A stretch of DNA of 44,142 nucleotides from Bacteroidota bacterium (GTDB lineage Bacteria > Bacteroidota > Bacteroidia > JABEUT01), in the NCBI GenBank assembly GCA_013289395.1, contig JABCZY010000004.1:1-44142 (forward strand). The letters are read 5' to 3'. Below, in pieces: positions 1-9,403 of the stretch (its first letter is position 1; each line of letters starts with the position of its first letter). The position numbers were made by a program, and so were the translations under genes. The notes under the pieces were generated by a model. It was not told the DNA's origin and made no database searches. It was given only the letters and a program-made list of their open reading frames with translations.

Positions 1-333
1 GTTATTCCTCTCACTTACACGGTAAGTAATGGTATAGTCACCAGGCTTATTATTTAGCTTATGATGGTTCTTATTATGTGTAGGTATCCAGGCCCAAACA
101 GGAAACCCATAAAAACAAGTCAGCCACCAATCGGTGAGCATATTCAATGTTTTGTTCTTCCACATTGGCAAATGGTTATGGTTATGAGCCATAACAGCTA
201 CTGTAACCGCCATAAAAAGGCACCATACATAAAGTATTGGATTCAATGATTTAAGGTTCCATTGAACAATAAGCAACCCTGTGGTTATTGCCATGTAAAT
301 AAGCGATTTAATATCTGCCCTGTGTCGTAGCAT
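1..333 (-). CDS. Membrane fatty acid desaturase, N-terminal part (runs off left edge; not in ORF track)
   Basis: Manual translation from ATG at 333: MLRHRADIKSLIYMAITTGLLIVQW...VMAHNHNHLPMW...WIPTHNKNHHKLNN, open to base 1. Hydrophobic segments plus His boxes HNHNH and HNKNHH. Confidence 0.88.
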   Translation of the reverse strand, partial: MLRHRADIKSLIYMAITTGLLIVQWNLKSLNPILYVWCLFMAVTVAVMAHNHNHLPMWKNKTLNMLTDWWLTCFYGFPVWAWIPTHNKNHHKLNNKPGDYTITYRVSERNN

Positions 334-419
334 ATTAATGGAATAAAAAAATTATGAATTTCCGTAGGGTCCGGCGAACTGAGTAGTCGCCACTGTTGAC
401 AAGGAATACTTACCCGGTA

Positions 420-427
420 CAAAGGTA
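420..427 (-). promoter_or_regulatory. Bacteroidota sigma-A -7 element (TACCTTTG) for the desaturase
   Basis: caaaggta on the + strand matches TAnnTTTG on the - strand, about 90 nt upstream of the ATG. Confidence 0.55.
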
Positions 428-515
428 GTCTTAAATTGTGAGCCATTTACATTTCACTGCAAAGAATCTAAAAAACTTTACGCCCGGTAAGGGTTCCTGG
501 CTTATAACTTCTTAG

Positions 516-1835
516 TCAACTCTGTGAGAGGGAGTTAATATCTGCAGACTGTGTTGCTTTTCCTGTTAACACTGAAATAAGCAGCCCAATATTAATTAAT
601 ACCAATGGTGGAATTGGTATATGAAATCTGTTATTCTGCCAAAAACTTATGCCTGATATAAGTATTAATGCGACAGGTATTATCCAAAGTAAAATACAAT
701 ATAAAAGCAGCTTGTTTTTAAGTTTTCGTCGCAATAGAAAAACAAGAACGATAAGGGCGCCAGCTATGAAAGAAATTAAAAGATTCATATAACCCGAAAC
801 TGTAGTACACATATTTCTAAATACCTGCAATGCTTTATCATTGTCTTGTGATATTGCAAAATCACCACCTTGCGCTGAGTTAAAGTAAATATCAATGCAT
901 AGCGCTTTGAATAATTTTATTTTGTTATATTTCACATTGTGCCACATATCATTACTGGCCATGTATTTTATGCTATCCCATTCACCTTTGTTAAAATAAT
1001 TCCAATATTCTTTTCCTCTTCTATTTTTTTCAAGATGTAAGTCGTCCCCTGTTTCCATGGAATGTACATATGAACCTATGTAGACATATACTGTTTTCTG
1101 ACCGTCGATTGAAAGTGTAAATGTTCCATAGTCTTTTTTCATCAGCAGCATCTGCCCCAGTATAATAGTAATGCCTGATAAAATGATCATTAAAAATGTC
1201 CTCATTTTTTTAAAACCAATGCTGTTTCTTTTTTTTATTACATGTACTAAAATCAGGAAAAGCAACACGGGTAGCAAAACCATCAGAATGGGCCTTGTGA
1301 TTATTGAATAACAGTAAATAAAAAACGCCCAGCCAAGTGAAGTAATATTTTCAGTTACTATATATTTTGCGGTAAAATAAGCTATGAGGGTGAGAATGAA
1401 AGTGTAAATGGTTTCAGAGAGGGCAAAGTTCACGTATTCTATATTACCTATCAGAATGCAAAATATACATGCACTAAGTAAAGCAATCTTTTTATTACCT
1501 GTTAACAAATTAAGTGTTTTGAATATGAGGATAGAAGTGAATATCCAGGCAATGAAATTCAGAAACACACCCCAATAAATAATAGTGCTATAGTCAGCTT
1601 TAAAAACGCAGGGTATTCCTAAAAGCAGTGGGTACCCCTCCCCTCTTTCAATGTTAGCTTTAAAACCTTGTTGATACATCTCTTTCGCAGCTTCAATATA
1701 ACCACTGGTATCTAAACCCTGGTGGCCCTCAATTACATAATAGTGGAAAGTTGGCAAGAGAAAGCTGACAACGAAATAGAATACAATAGAAATACCTACT
1801 ATAATATATATTTCTTTTTTATTACGCGTCTTCAT
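516..1835 (-). CDS. Polytopic membrane glycosyltransferase, GT-C fold (ArnT/PMT-like)
   Basis: Many TM segments; acidic first loop (LDTSGY), GYPLLL, LSETIY and RP motifs typical of ArnT/PMT_2 proteins. Confidence 0.7.
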   Translation of the reverse strand: MKTRNKKEIYIIVGISIVFYFVVSFLLPTFHYYVIEGHQGLDTSGYIEAAKEMYQQGFKANIERGEGYPLLLGIPCVFKADYSTIIYWGVFLNFIAWIFTSILIFKTLNLLTGNKKIALLSACIFCILIGNIEYVNFALSETIYTFILTLIAYFTAKYIVTENITSLGWAFFIYCYSIITRPILMVLLPVLLFLILVHVIKKRNSIGFKKMRTFLMIILSGITIILGQMLLMKKDYGTFTLSIDGQKTVYVYIGSYVHSMETGDDLHLEKNRRGKEYWNYFNKGEWDSIKYMASNDMWHNVKYNKIKLFKALCIDIYFNSAQGGDFAISQDNDKALQVFRNMCTTVSGYMNLLISFIAGALIVLVFLLRRKLKNKLLLYCILLWIIPVALILISGISFWQNNRFHIPIPPLVLINIGLLISVLTGKATQSADINSLSQS

Positions 1836-2235
1836 TTTTTATGCACTTCTAATATCGCCTAAACCAGTGGGCGAGTGAATATCAAAATTAGCAAAATATA
1901 TGAGAGGATCTTTACTAATCCTGCTCCATTCCTACGGCTCAAGTTACTAACGACGACTATGGTGATGCTGGGTTTCCAAGTGCTTTCGGTCCATTCTCAT
2001 CCTGAAATACACGAATGAAATTACGCTTCACACTTTATTCATTTTAAAAATTGGAAATGATCCCTCTTTCTTTTATATACCGTCAGGGCTATTTGTTTAG
2101 AAGATCAATCTTCATACTATTTTTCTAAGCATAAAGTCTTATATTTACAGAATACAGAATAACTACAAGCGGTATTTCTTAATGATTAGCTCTAAAGCAT
2201 ATTTAGTTGACCTACTCACGTTTAAGTATTAGTAA

Positions 2236-3039
2236 ATGCATGAATCTATTACATTAAAGAGCTTACAAGGTAAATTAAGACTGAAAATGCTTGATTTATA
2301 TAAAATGGCAAATGCGGGGCATATAGGTTGCTCCCTAAGTTGCATTGATATTCTAATTGCCTCTTTGATTTTACGAAAGATTGAATCTGATGACTTTATA
2401 TTATCAAAAGGCCATGCTGCCGGTGCTTTATACGTTTGCCTTAATTATAAGGGTGAGCTTACCGATGAGCAATTAATGACTTATTATAAGAACGGAACAT
2501 CATTACCGGCACATCCTGCAGCAGGTAAACATGCAGGCATACCTTTTGCTACCGGCTCACTTGGTCATGGACTACCTATAGGTTGTGGTATTGCTAAAGC
2601 CAACAAAATGAAAAAAACAGATGGGTATGTATATGTTGTTATGAGTGATGGAGAAACTAATGAGGGTACAACATGGGAAGCTTCTCATTTTGCAATAACC
2701 CACAAACTGGATAACTTGATTGCAATTATTGACCGTAACGGAATACAGGGTTTTGGCAATACAAAAAATATATTAGGAGATACCGCAGCGCCAGATTTAT
2801 GGAAGAACTTGGGATATGATATGAGAGAGGTTGAAGGCCATGATGTAACAAAAATAGTTGAAACTATAGATGAGTTAAAAGGACTAAAAAATGGCAGGCC
2901 TAAACTTATTATTGCGAATACAATCAAGGGTAAGGGGGTGTCTTTTATGGAAAATGAGATGGCATGGCACTATTTACCAATGAATGGGGAGCAATTTGAA
3001 AAAGCTAAGCTGGAAATTGAAAAAAATTACTTGAGCTAA
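2236..3039 (+). CDS. Transketolase, N-terminal (ThDP-binding) subunit
   Basis: GHIGCSLS, LSKGHAA, GSLGHGL, SDGETNEG...DRN and TIKGKG motifs; 267 aa. Confidence 0.93.
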   Translation: MHESITLKSLQGKLRLKMLDLYKMANAGHIGCSLSCIDILIASLILRKIESDDFILSKGHAAGALYVCLNYKGELTDEQLMTYYKNGTSLPAHPAAGKHAGIPFATGSLGHGLPIGCGIAKANKMKKTDGYVYVVMSDGETNEGTTWEASHFAITHKLDNLIAIIDRNGIQGFGNTKNILGDTAAPDLWKNLGYDMREVEGHDVTKIVETIDELKGLKNGRPKLIIANTIKGKGVSFMENEMAWHYLPMNGEQFEKAKLEIEKNYLS

Positions 3040-3041
3040 GT

Positions 3042-4067
3042 ATGAATTCTCCTTATTCTATTTCTGAAGATTCGGTAAAGCAATTAAATTCTTTGCCAGG
3101 GCCAATTGCAGTTTTTGGCGCAGGTGGCTTTATTGGTATAAACCTATTGCTTGCAATTCTTGAACATAGAAAAGATGTATATGGTATATCTCAGGATCAT
3201 CAAAATAATTGGAGACTCAGCGCATCTCATGTGCCAATGACCAATTTATTATCATGCGATATAAATGACTTTACGCAGTTAAAAGAAGTTATTGAAAATC
3301 TTAAGCCTAAGACAATTTTTAATCTTGCGGCCTACGGAGCCTACCCCAAGCAAACAGAATACAAAAAAACATACCAAACTAATTTTAATTCCAGCATTGA
3401 TATGTTGGAAATATTGAAAAAACAAGGCTTTTCCGCATACGTGTATGCGGGCTCTAGTTCTGAATACGGAATAAATAGCGCAGCTCCGAGTGAGACAGCT
3501 GAACTAATGCCCAATAGTCATTATGCAGTTTCAAAAACCGCCATTTCTTCTGCTTTAAAATATTACGGCCTTATTGAAAAACTTCCGGTGATCAATCTTC
3601 GCCTCTATTCCGTATATGGTCCATGGGAAGAACCTGACAGACTTATACCTGTTCTGATTTCGCATGCCCGTAAAAACAAATTTCCACCATTTGTACAACC
3701 TGATATTTCAAGAGATTTTATATATATTACAGACGTTGTTGCTGCTTTTATTGCAGCTGCAGCTAATGCCGAAAGTAACCTCATCAAAGGCCAATCATTT
3801 AATATTGGTACAGGTAATAAAACTACTATACGCGAATTAGCTATTAAGACAAAAAACATTTGCAATATTAATGAAGACCCCTTGTTTGGCAATATGCAAA
3901 ACCGGAATTGGGATGTGCCGGATTGGTACGCAAATGCGGAAAAGGTTGCAAAAGAGCTCAAGTGGAAATACAGAATTGAATTGGAAGAAGGGTTAAAAAA
4001 AGTTATTGCATGGCAACATGAAGTTGGTTTTGATAATGCTTACTGGAATTGGACAAATAAAATATGA
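3042..4067 (+). CDS. NAD-dependent nucleotide-sugar epimerase/dehydratase/reductase (extended SDR)
   Basis: GAGGFIG Rossmann motif, GSSSEYG, YAVSK catalytic motif, VYGP and RDFIY. Confidence 0.9.
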   Translation: MNSPYSISEDSVKQLNSLPGPIAVFGAGGFIGINLLLAILEHRKDVYGISQDHQNNWRLSASHVPMTNLLSCDINDFTQLKEVIENLKPKTIFNLAAYGAYPKQTEYKKTYQTNFNSSIDMLEILKKQGFSAYVYAGSSSEYGINSAAPSETAELMPNSHYAVSKTAISSALKYYGLIEKLPVINLRLYSVYGPWEEPDRLIPVLISHARKNKFPPFVQPDISRDFIYITDVVAAFIAAAANAESNLIKGQSFNIGTGNKTTIRELAIKTKNICNINEDPLFGNMQNRNWDVPDWYANAEKVAKELKWKYRIELEEGLKKVIAWQHEVGFDNAYWNWTNKI

Positions 4068-4747
4068 GTAACAATTTATACTCCATTATACTTCCCGCAT
4101 ATAAACAGGAAAACCAGATTTCATTATTATATGAAACCTATGTAAATGCCCTTAGTTTGCTAAGTGACCCATGGGAATTGATATTTGTTATAAATGGGCA
4201 AAAAGATAATTCGCAAAAAATATTAGAAGATCTCTCAAAACATGATCCCAGAATTAAAATTCATTATCTTGAAAAAGGTGGATGGGGCAGGGCAGTTAAA
4301 TATGGCGTATCGGTTGCTACAGGTGAGTTTATTTGCTACACTAATTCAGCAAGAACCAATATTGACGATTTGATCCTAATGTTAAAATACGCTAAAATAA
4401 ATGACAAAGCAATTATAAAAGCCACCCGTATTGTAAGAGAAAGTTTCTTCAGGAAGTTTGGTTCAATACTTTATAATTTTGGGAACAGGTTTCTTTTCAA
4501 AACCCCTGTTTGGGATGTAAATGGTACGCCAAAAATTATTCCCAGAAAAATGCTTGATCTATTCGAAATTGTTTCAGACGATGACTTGATAGATGCAGAA
4601 ATTATGGCTAGGTGCTTTAAAAGCAAAATGATGATAATTGAAATACCTGTTATATCAACTACTCGAATCAGCGGTAAAAGCACAACCAACATACGTTCAG
4701 CATTTAAGATGTACTGGGGCTTATTTAAATTAAAGAAGATAATATGA
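4064..4747 (+). CDS. Glycosyltransferase family 2 (polyprenol-phosphate GT / DPM1-like)
   Basis: SIILPAYKQE start, GWGRAVKYG, WDVNGTPK, EIPV...R..GKS. The DxD position reads YTNSA. 4-nt overlaps with both neighbours. Confidence 0.8.
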   Translation: MSNNLYSIILPAYKQENQISLLYETYVNALSLLSDPWELIFVINGQKDNSQKILEDLSKHDPRIKIHYLEKGGWGRAVKYGVSVATGEFICYTNSARTNIDDLILMLKYAKINDKAIIKATRIVRESFFRKFGSILYNFGNRFLFKTPVWDVNGTPKIIPRKMLDLFEIVSDDDLIDAEIMARCFKSKMMIIEIPVISTTRISGKSTTNIRSAFKMYWGLFKLKKII

Positions 4748-5913
4748 GGAGCGCTGAACGTATATGGAAGAAACAGAATGAAGCCTTCCGTAATCCCCTA
4801 CAGGTTATTTCGTCATCAATTGCTGATTCCGGCATCACTGCTGATTCATTAACCAATATACCTGATACAGGATTTGTTCATTTACTCAGAAGGCTTGGTA
4901 TTACTTTATTAGTAACCCGTGAGTATGAAAATATGGCAATGGCCCTTTATTCAGGTTCGAAAGGGATCTCTCAAACATTTATGCCACTCCCTCACCCTTC
5001 TGGTATTGCGGTTGACAGAAAGAAAAATGCAGTATATATCGCAGCAACAAGAAACCCCAATCAGTTAATAGAGTTCTGCCCCTCAATAACAAGCATTCCC
5101 AGAAAAGAAACCAAAATAAAACCTTTGCACACAGGTTATCTTTTGCCTTCACGGATAAAGTTCTATCCCGGTTGTTATTATTTTCATGATCTTGCCATTA
5201 TTGGCAAGGATCTATACGCCAATTCAGTTGGAATGAATGGTGTAATAAAAGTAGATTGGGGGAAAAGCTCAGAGGAAGATTTGACATGGTTCCCTAACTG
5301 TATTAAAGACAAGAAGGGAAATCCTTTAACCAATGCCAATTACATACAACTTAATTCAATTGCAGCAGGAAAATCAATTAATAGCTCCTTTTTTACTGCA
5401 TCAGGTTCCAAGATAATTAAACAACGGCCGGGGCAAGCAGATTATCCGGTGGATAAAAAGGGAGTTATTTTTTCGGGCCGAACAGGTGAGCCTATTGTAA
5501 AGGGCCTTACCCGCCCGCATTCAGCCAAGCTTTATAAGGGAAAAATATACGTAAACAATAGTGGGTATGGTGAATTTGGCCTTATTGAAAACGGAAAATT
5601 TAAGATACTTGCGACACTGCCTGGATGGACAAGAGGCCTCTGTATTTACAAGGATATTGCTTTTATTGGTGTTTCAAGGGTATTACCTAAATTCAGACAG
5701 TATGCACCGGGTATTAGCAATACGAAACAAGTATGTAGTATATTTGCTTTCTCGCTCACTGAAAAGAAAATTTGCGGAAAAATAGAATGGCCTTTCGGGA
5801 ATCAGGTTTTTGGAATAGATTATATAGATAGTTCTGTAAGCAAGGGATTTTATTATGAAACTACAGCACCGGTTAGTGAAATTGAAACAACTGTTTTTTA
5901 TACTTCTAAGTAA
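4744..5913 (+). CDS. DUF4915 / TIGR03032-like beta-propeller protein
   Basis: Family-like motifs FHDLA, QLNSIA, GLTRPHS, NSGYGE, LPGWTRGL and FIGVSR. Confidence 0.75.
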   Translation: MRSAERIWKKQNEAFRNPLQVISSSIADSGITADSLTNIPDTGFVHLLRRLGITLLVTREYENMAMALYSGSKGISQTFMPLPHPSGIAVDRKKNAVYIAATRNPNQLIEFCPSITSIPRKETKIKPLHTGYLLPSRIKFYPGCYYFHDLAIIGKDLYANSVGMNGVIKVDWGKSSEEDLTWFPNCIKDKKGNPLTNANYIQLNSIAAGKSINSSFFTASGSKIIKQRPGQADYPVDKKGVIFSGRTGEPIVKGLTRPHSAKLYKGKIYVNNSGYGEFGLIENGKFKILATLPGWTRGLCIYKDIAFIGVSRVLPKFRQYAPGISNTKQVCSIFAFSLTEKKICGKIEWPFGNQVFGIDYIDSSVSKGFYYETTAPVSEIETTVFYTSK

Positions 5914-5948
5914 ATAATACCGATTTAATAATCAATAAATTAAAAACT

Positions 5949-6890
5949 ATGTCAAGTACTCCTTACAAAATGATAATGATCTCCGCAATGTATGAGAATG
6001 GAGGCAATACCACCCACAGGCTTATTGATGGGCATCCTCAGCTTTTCGTATACCCATTTGAGTCGCAGCCGGGAACTAAATATGTGAATGATTATTTTTC
6101 AAGTATGTATCCTTTAAAATATCGCTGGCCTCTTTTTCCCGGCACCGCTGCTGCTGAAGAAATGTATGAAATGATAATTGATGAGGAAGGTAAGGTTCGG
6201 TCGAAAACACCTAATAGCAGTAAATTCAAAGGGGCTGACTTTAGATTAGATGACAAAGACAGGAAAAAAGAATTTGTTCTTTTCTTAAAAAACAAACCAT
6301 TAACAAGAGCCAATGCTGTTGAAGCATTCTTCAGGTCTACATTTAAATCGTGGAAGAATTACAACCATAGCGGAAAGGAAAAAGCATATGTAGGATATAG
6401 CCCCATAATAGGTATTGATGGGGATAAAATTATCTCAGACTATGGTAAGAATGGGCATGTTTTACACGTAATAAGAAATCCTTTTTCAGCATATGCAGAC
6501 ACCAAAAAGAGAGCGGTGCCTTTGTCTATGGCTCATTACATAACAGGGTGGATATTGTGCCAATACCAGTCATTACTTTTTGCAGAGAAATATCCGAACA
6601 ACTACCATATAGTTAGGTTTGAAGATATTATTGAAAACCCTACAGAAGTGCTTGGTAAAGTATTATCAAAGATGGGGATCAGTAAAAGCTCAACGCTTGC
6701 TTATCCAAGTTGGAATGGAGAAAAACTTAAGGAAGTTTACCCTTGGGGAACAATAAGGATACCAACTGCTGAGGTGAATTTAAAAACCGCCAAAGAACTC
6801 AGTACCCAGGAAATAAAAGAAATTCATTCCCGGACAAATACTTATTTGAAGCTGCTTAATTATGAAGGTTTCTATAAGAAACTTGTATAA
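5949..6890 (+). CDS. Sulfotransferase-fold protein with atypical 5'-PSB loop
   Basis: LIDGHPQL, HVIRNPFSAY and VRFEDII..P match the sulfotransferase layout; the usual RSGTT is replaced by ENGGNT. Confidence 0.7.
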   Translation: MSSTPYKMIMISAMYENGGNTTHRLIDGHPQLFVYPFESQPGTKYVNDYFSSMYPLKYRWPLFPGTAAAEEMYEMIIDEEGKVRSKTPNSSKFKGADFRLDDKDRKKEFVLFLKNKPLTRANAVEAFFRSTFKSWKNYNHSGKEKAYVGYSPIIGIDGDKIISDYGKNGHVLHVIRNPFSAYADTKKRAVPLSMAHYITGWILCQYQSLLFAEKYPNNYHIVRFEDIIENPTEVLGKVLSKMGISKSSTLAYPSWNGEKLKEVYPWGTIRIPTAEVNLKTAKELSTQEIKEIHSRTNTYLKLLNYEGFYKKLV

Positions 6891-6899
6891 TATTTCCTT

Positions 6900-7808
6900 T
6901 TGAGAAAAACGTTTTCAAATACAATTGAGGAACTTGCAACTTCAGATGAGAGTATATTATTCCTCACGGGTGATCTTGGATACAATGCTTTTGAAGGGCT
7001 ACAGGAAAAATTAGGAGATCGTTTTATTAATATGGGCGTAGCAGAGCAGAATATGGTAAGCGCTGCAGCAGGAATGGCCTATAAAGGATATAAGGTGTTT
7101 TGTTACAGCATTGCTCCTTTTATTGTGTATAGATGCCTCGAACAATTTCGTAACGATGTTTGTTTTCATGCTCTTCCGGTTTTCCTTATAGGAAATGGTG
7201 GAGGGTATGGATATGGCATTATGGGTTCATCGCACCATGCACTTGAAGATATAGCATGCCTGAGTGGCATGCAAAACAATGGGACATGGGTGCCTGCTTT
7301 CAATGATGATATAAAGCCTTTACTTACCGAAATAGTTGCGCAATCAAAACCAGCATACATCAGACTAGGGCTTGGTAAACCATCACCGGTTAAGCCAACA
7401 AGGCACGGTTCTTTTAACTGTATTTTTGAAAATAATAATGCAAAAGGAATAATAATTACACTTGGTCCGATTGCAAATAATGTTCTTGATGCCCTGTCAA
7501 CAAGTGGATTAAAAGATAAATTCAATCTCTTTTCACTTGTTTCTTTACCTTTAGTCGTTGATGATTATATGTATAAGAAAATGGCCGAATGTGAAAATAT
7601 ACTTGTGGTAGAAGAGCATATATCACTGGGTGGAATAGGGCAGCAAATCGGAAGCTTCCTCCTTGAAAAACAGATAAACCCAAAAAGGTTTATTTCTCTT
7701 TTCGCTAAAGGATATCCCGGTAAATTATATGGTGATCAGGCTTTTCATCAAAAATTATCGGGCCTGGATGCTGAAAATATTGCCAGGATACTAAAGGAAT
7801 TCATCTGA
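6900..7808 (+). CDS. Transketolase, C-terminal subunit (pyrimidine-binding and C-terminal domains)
   Basis: TGDLGY, GVAEQNM, SHHALED, PAYIRL and VEEH...GG motifs; TTG start. Confidence 0.92.
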   Translation: MRKTFSNTIEELATSDESILFLTGDLGYNAFEGLQEKLGDRFINMGVAEQNMVSAAAGMAYKGYKVFCYSIAPFIVYRCLEQFRNDVCFHALPVFLIGNGGGYGYGIMGSSHHALEDIACLSGMQNNGTWVPAFNDDIKPLLTEIVAQSKPAYIRLGLGKPSPVKPTRHGSFNCIFENNNAKGIIITLGPIANNVLDALSTSGLKDKFNLFSLVSLPLVVDDYMYKKMAECENILVVEEHISLGGIGQQIGSFLLEKQINPKRFISLFAKGYPGKLYGDQAFHQKLSGLDAENIARILKEFI

Positions 7809-7869
7809 AAATTACCTTAGTTTAGATTTGTGCCGCCTAAACCAATAACATACTACGTAGTATTGGTCT

Positions 7870-9015
7870 TTAAATACTGTGCGTTATAAATTTCATTCTA
7901 TATAACTGCGGAAGTAGCGGATAAAAATCATCGTACACCAAATTTATAAGTATAACTAATGCCACTATCCTGAAAGCTTCTTCCTTTGGGAAGAGTTTAT
8001 CTAGTAGTATCAGGATCAATATGAGAATTAATATATCATAGGACATGCTTCTGTTACGATCAACCAATGACTGTGAAATAAAGAGCAATAACAAAAAAGT
8101 CATAATGAGCAAAGTAGGGAACATATAAATGCGTTTTCTAAATAAAGCAATAACAACTAAAACAAAAGGGATAATAAAACCTTCTAATCCTATATAAAAA
8201 GTATTGAAAAGCTTATTTATCTGTGCGAAGAAAAGATTCTCAGCTCCGGTTCCCGTATATAAACCAAAAGCATTATGTAAACTATACCTGATTACAAAAT
8301 ATACGCCCCAGGAAACAAATAAACAAATACTAGAGGAAAATAAAGCGCCCTTTAAAATAGATCTAAAGTCATCAAAGCTATTATTGTCAATCATGTTAAA
8401 AAGGAATATAGCAGGCGATACAATCAGTGCTCTTTCATCTGAAAAATAAGCCAGTAACAAAGGAACTATGACATACATTTTTTTGCGAGCTAAAAGCACC
8501 ATTAAAAGAAAGTCTAATGAAAGTGTATCAAATACGCCCCTATAATCGGAACCATAAACATGCCCTGCAACTACAAAACAGATAGGTAAAATAAAAATAA
8601 ATGATTTAGCCCTGTCATTAAAAAAACTATTAAAAACGAGTACTAATAAATAGTAAAAGAGTACTAGTGTGAAAAATTGAAATATTAAACCGGGTATTAC
8701 GGTATATATGTGTAAGAAATTCAATATAACTGCAGGCACAAATCTAAACGCTATATTATCGCTATGCGGACCATATAAATGGTTTGTGTGATGATTTACA
8801 AAAGGTTGTGCTCCTTGTATAAAAACGGCATCCCAATTATTACCCATTTCATTTGTCCTCAATACCACATCATATGAAGGAAAGCTCCAAAATACAACAA
8901 TGGCAACTAAAGCGAGGGTAGATAGAAAGTAACTTGAAATGATTGTTTTAAAAAGTCTTGTGTTTATAAGTAGTTCCAGTAATTTTGCTGGATAAGACAG
9001 TAATTTTTCTCTCAT
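7870..9015 (-). CDS. Polytopic membrane protein, possibly GT-C fold
   Basis: About 10 hydrophobic segments with charged loop motifs FRFVP, FDT, SDER and DRNRS; adjacent to the sugar operon. Confidence 0.5.
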   Translation of the reverse strand: MREKLLSYPAKLLELLINTRLFKTIISSYFLSTLALVAIVVFWSFPSYDVVLRTNEMGNNWDAVFIQGAQPFVNHHTNHLYGPHSDNIAFRFVPAVILNFLHIYTVIPGLIFQFFTLVLFYYLLVLVFNSFFNDRAKSFIFILPICFVVAGHVYGSDYRGVFDTLSLDFLLMVLLARKKMYVIVPLLLAYFSDERALIVSPAIFLFNMIDNNSFDDFRSILKGALFSSSICLFVSWGVYFVIRYSLHNAFGLYTGTGAENLFFAQINKLFNTFYIGLEGFIIPFVLVVIALFRKRIYMFPTLLIMTFLLLLFISQSLVDRNRSMSYDILILILILILLDKLFPKEEAFRIVALVILINLVYDDFYPLLPQLYRMKFITHSI

Positions 9016-9403
9016 TTTAAAATAAACATTGAGCTAAATTATACAAAAAAATAACTCCATTTACTAAAAGTGATATCCCGGAAGGAGTTGAGTTCAATAC
9101 CACATGCTATTTATAACCAGCACATTGTAACAAAAATGCGGATCACCCTTATTTACTGTCGTTGCAATTATGGCACAAAATGGCTTCAAACAGTAAGGGT
9201 CGACAGCAAGAAAAAATTCACATTTTTTTGCGTAAAGCAGAAGGTCAGTTTTTTATTTTCAGTGAAAAATTTTCGTCTACTCATTTTTTGTTTTAAAATA
9301 TAGTTTCATATTGTTGACAGAAAATTTGTAACAAAACCTTTGCAACGAGTATACCTTGCATTCGAAATCAACAAAAGTTCTAATTTTTAAAACCCTAAGT
9401 ATT

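Noticed and set aside
61-249. 62-aa + strand ORF
   Set aside because: Antisense shadow of the desaturase at 1-333.
1900-2100. attC-like or structured element between the GT-C gene and the transketolase
   Set aside because: Core boxes do not fit RYYYAAC/GTTRRRY, pairing is weak, and there is no second copy or integron integrase.
9171-9185. Sigma-54 promoter-like TGGCAC...GC
   Set aside because: GG-to-GC spacing is one base short of the strict consensus.
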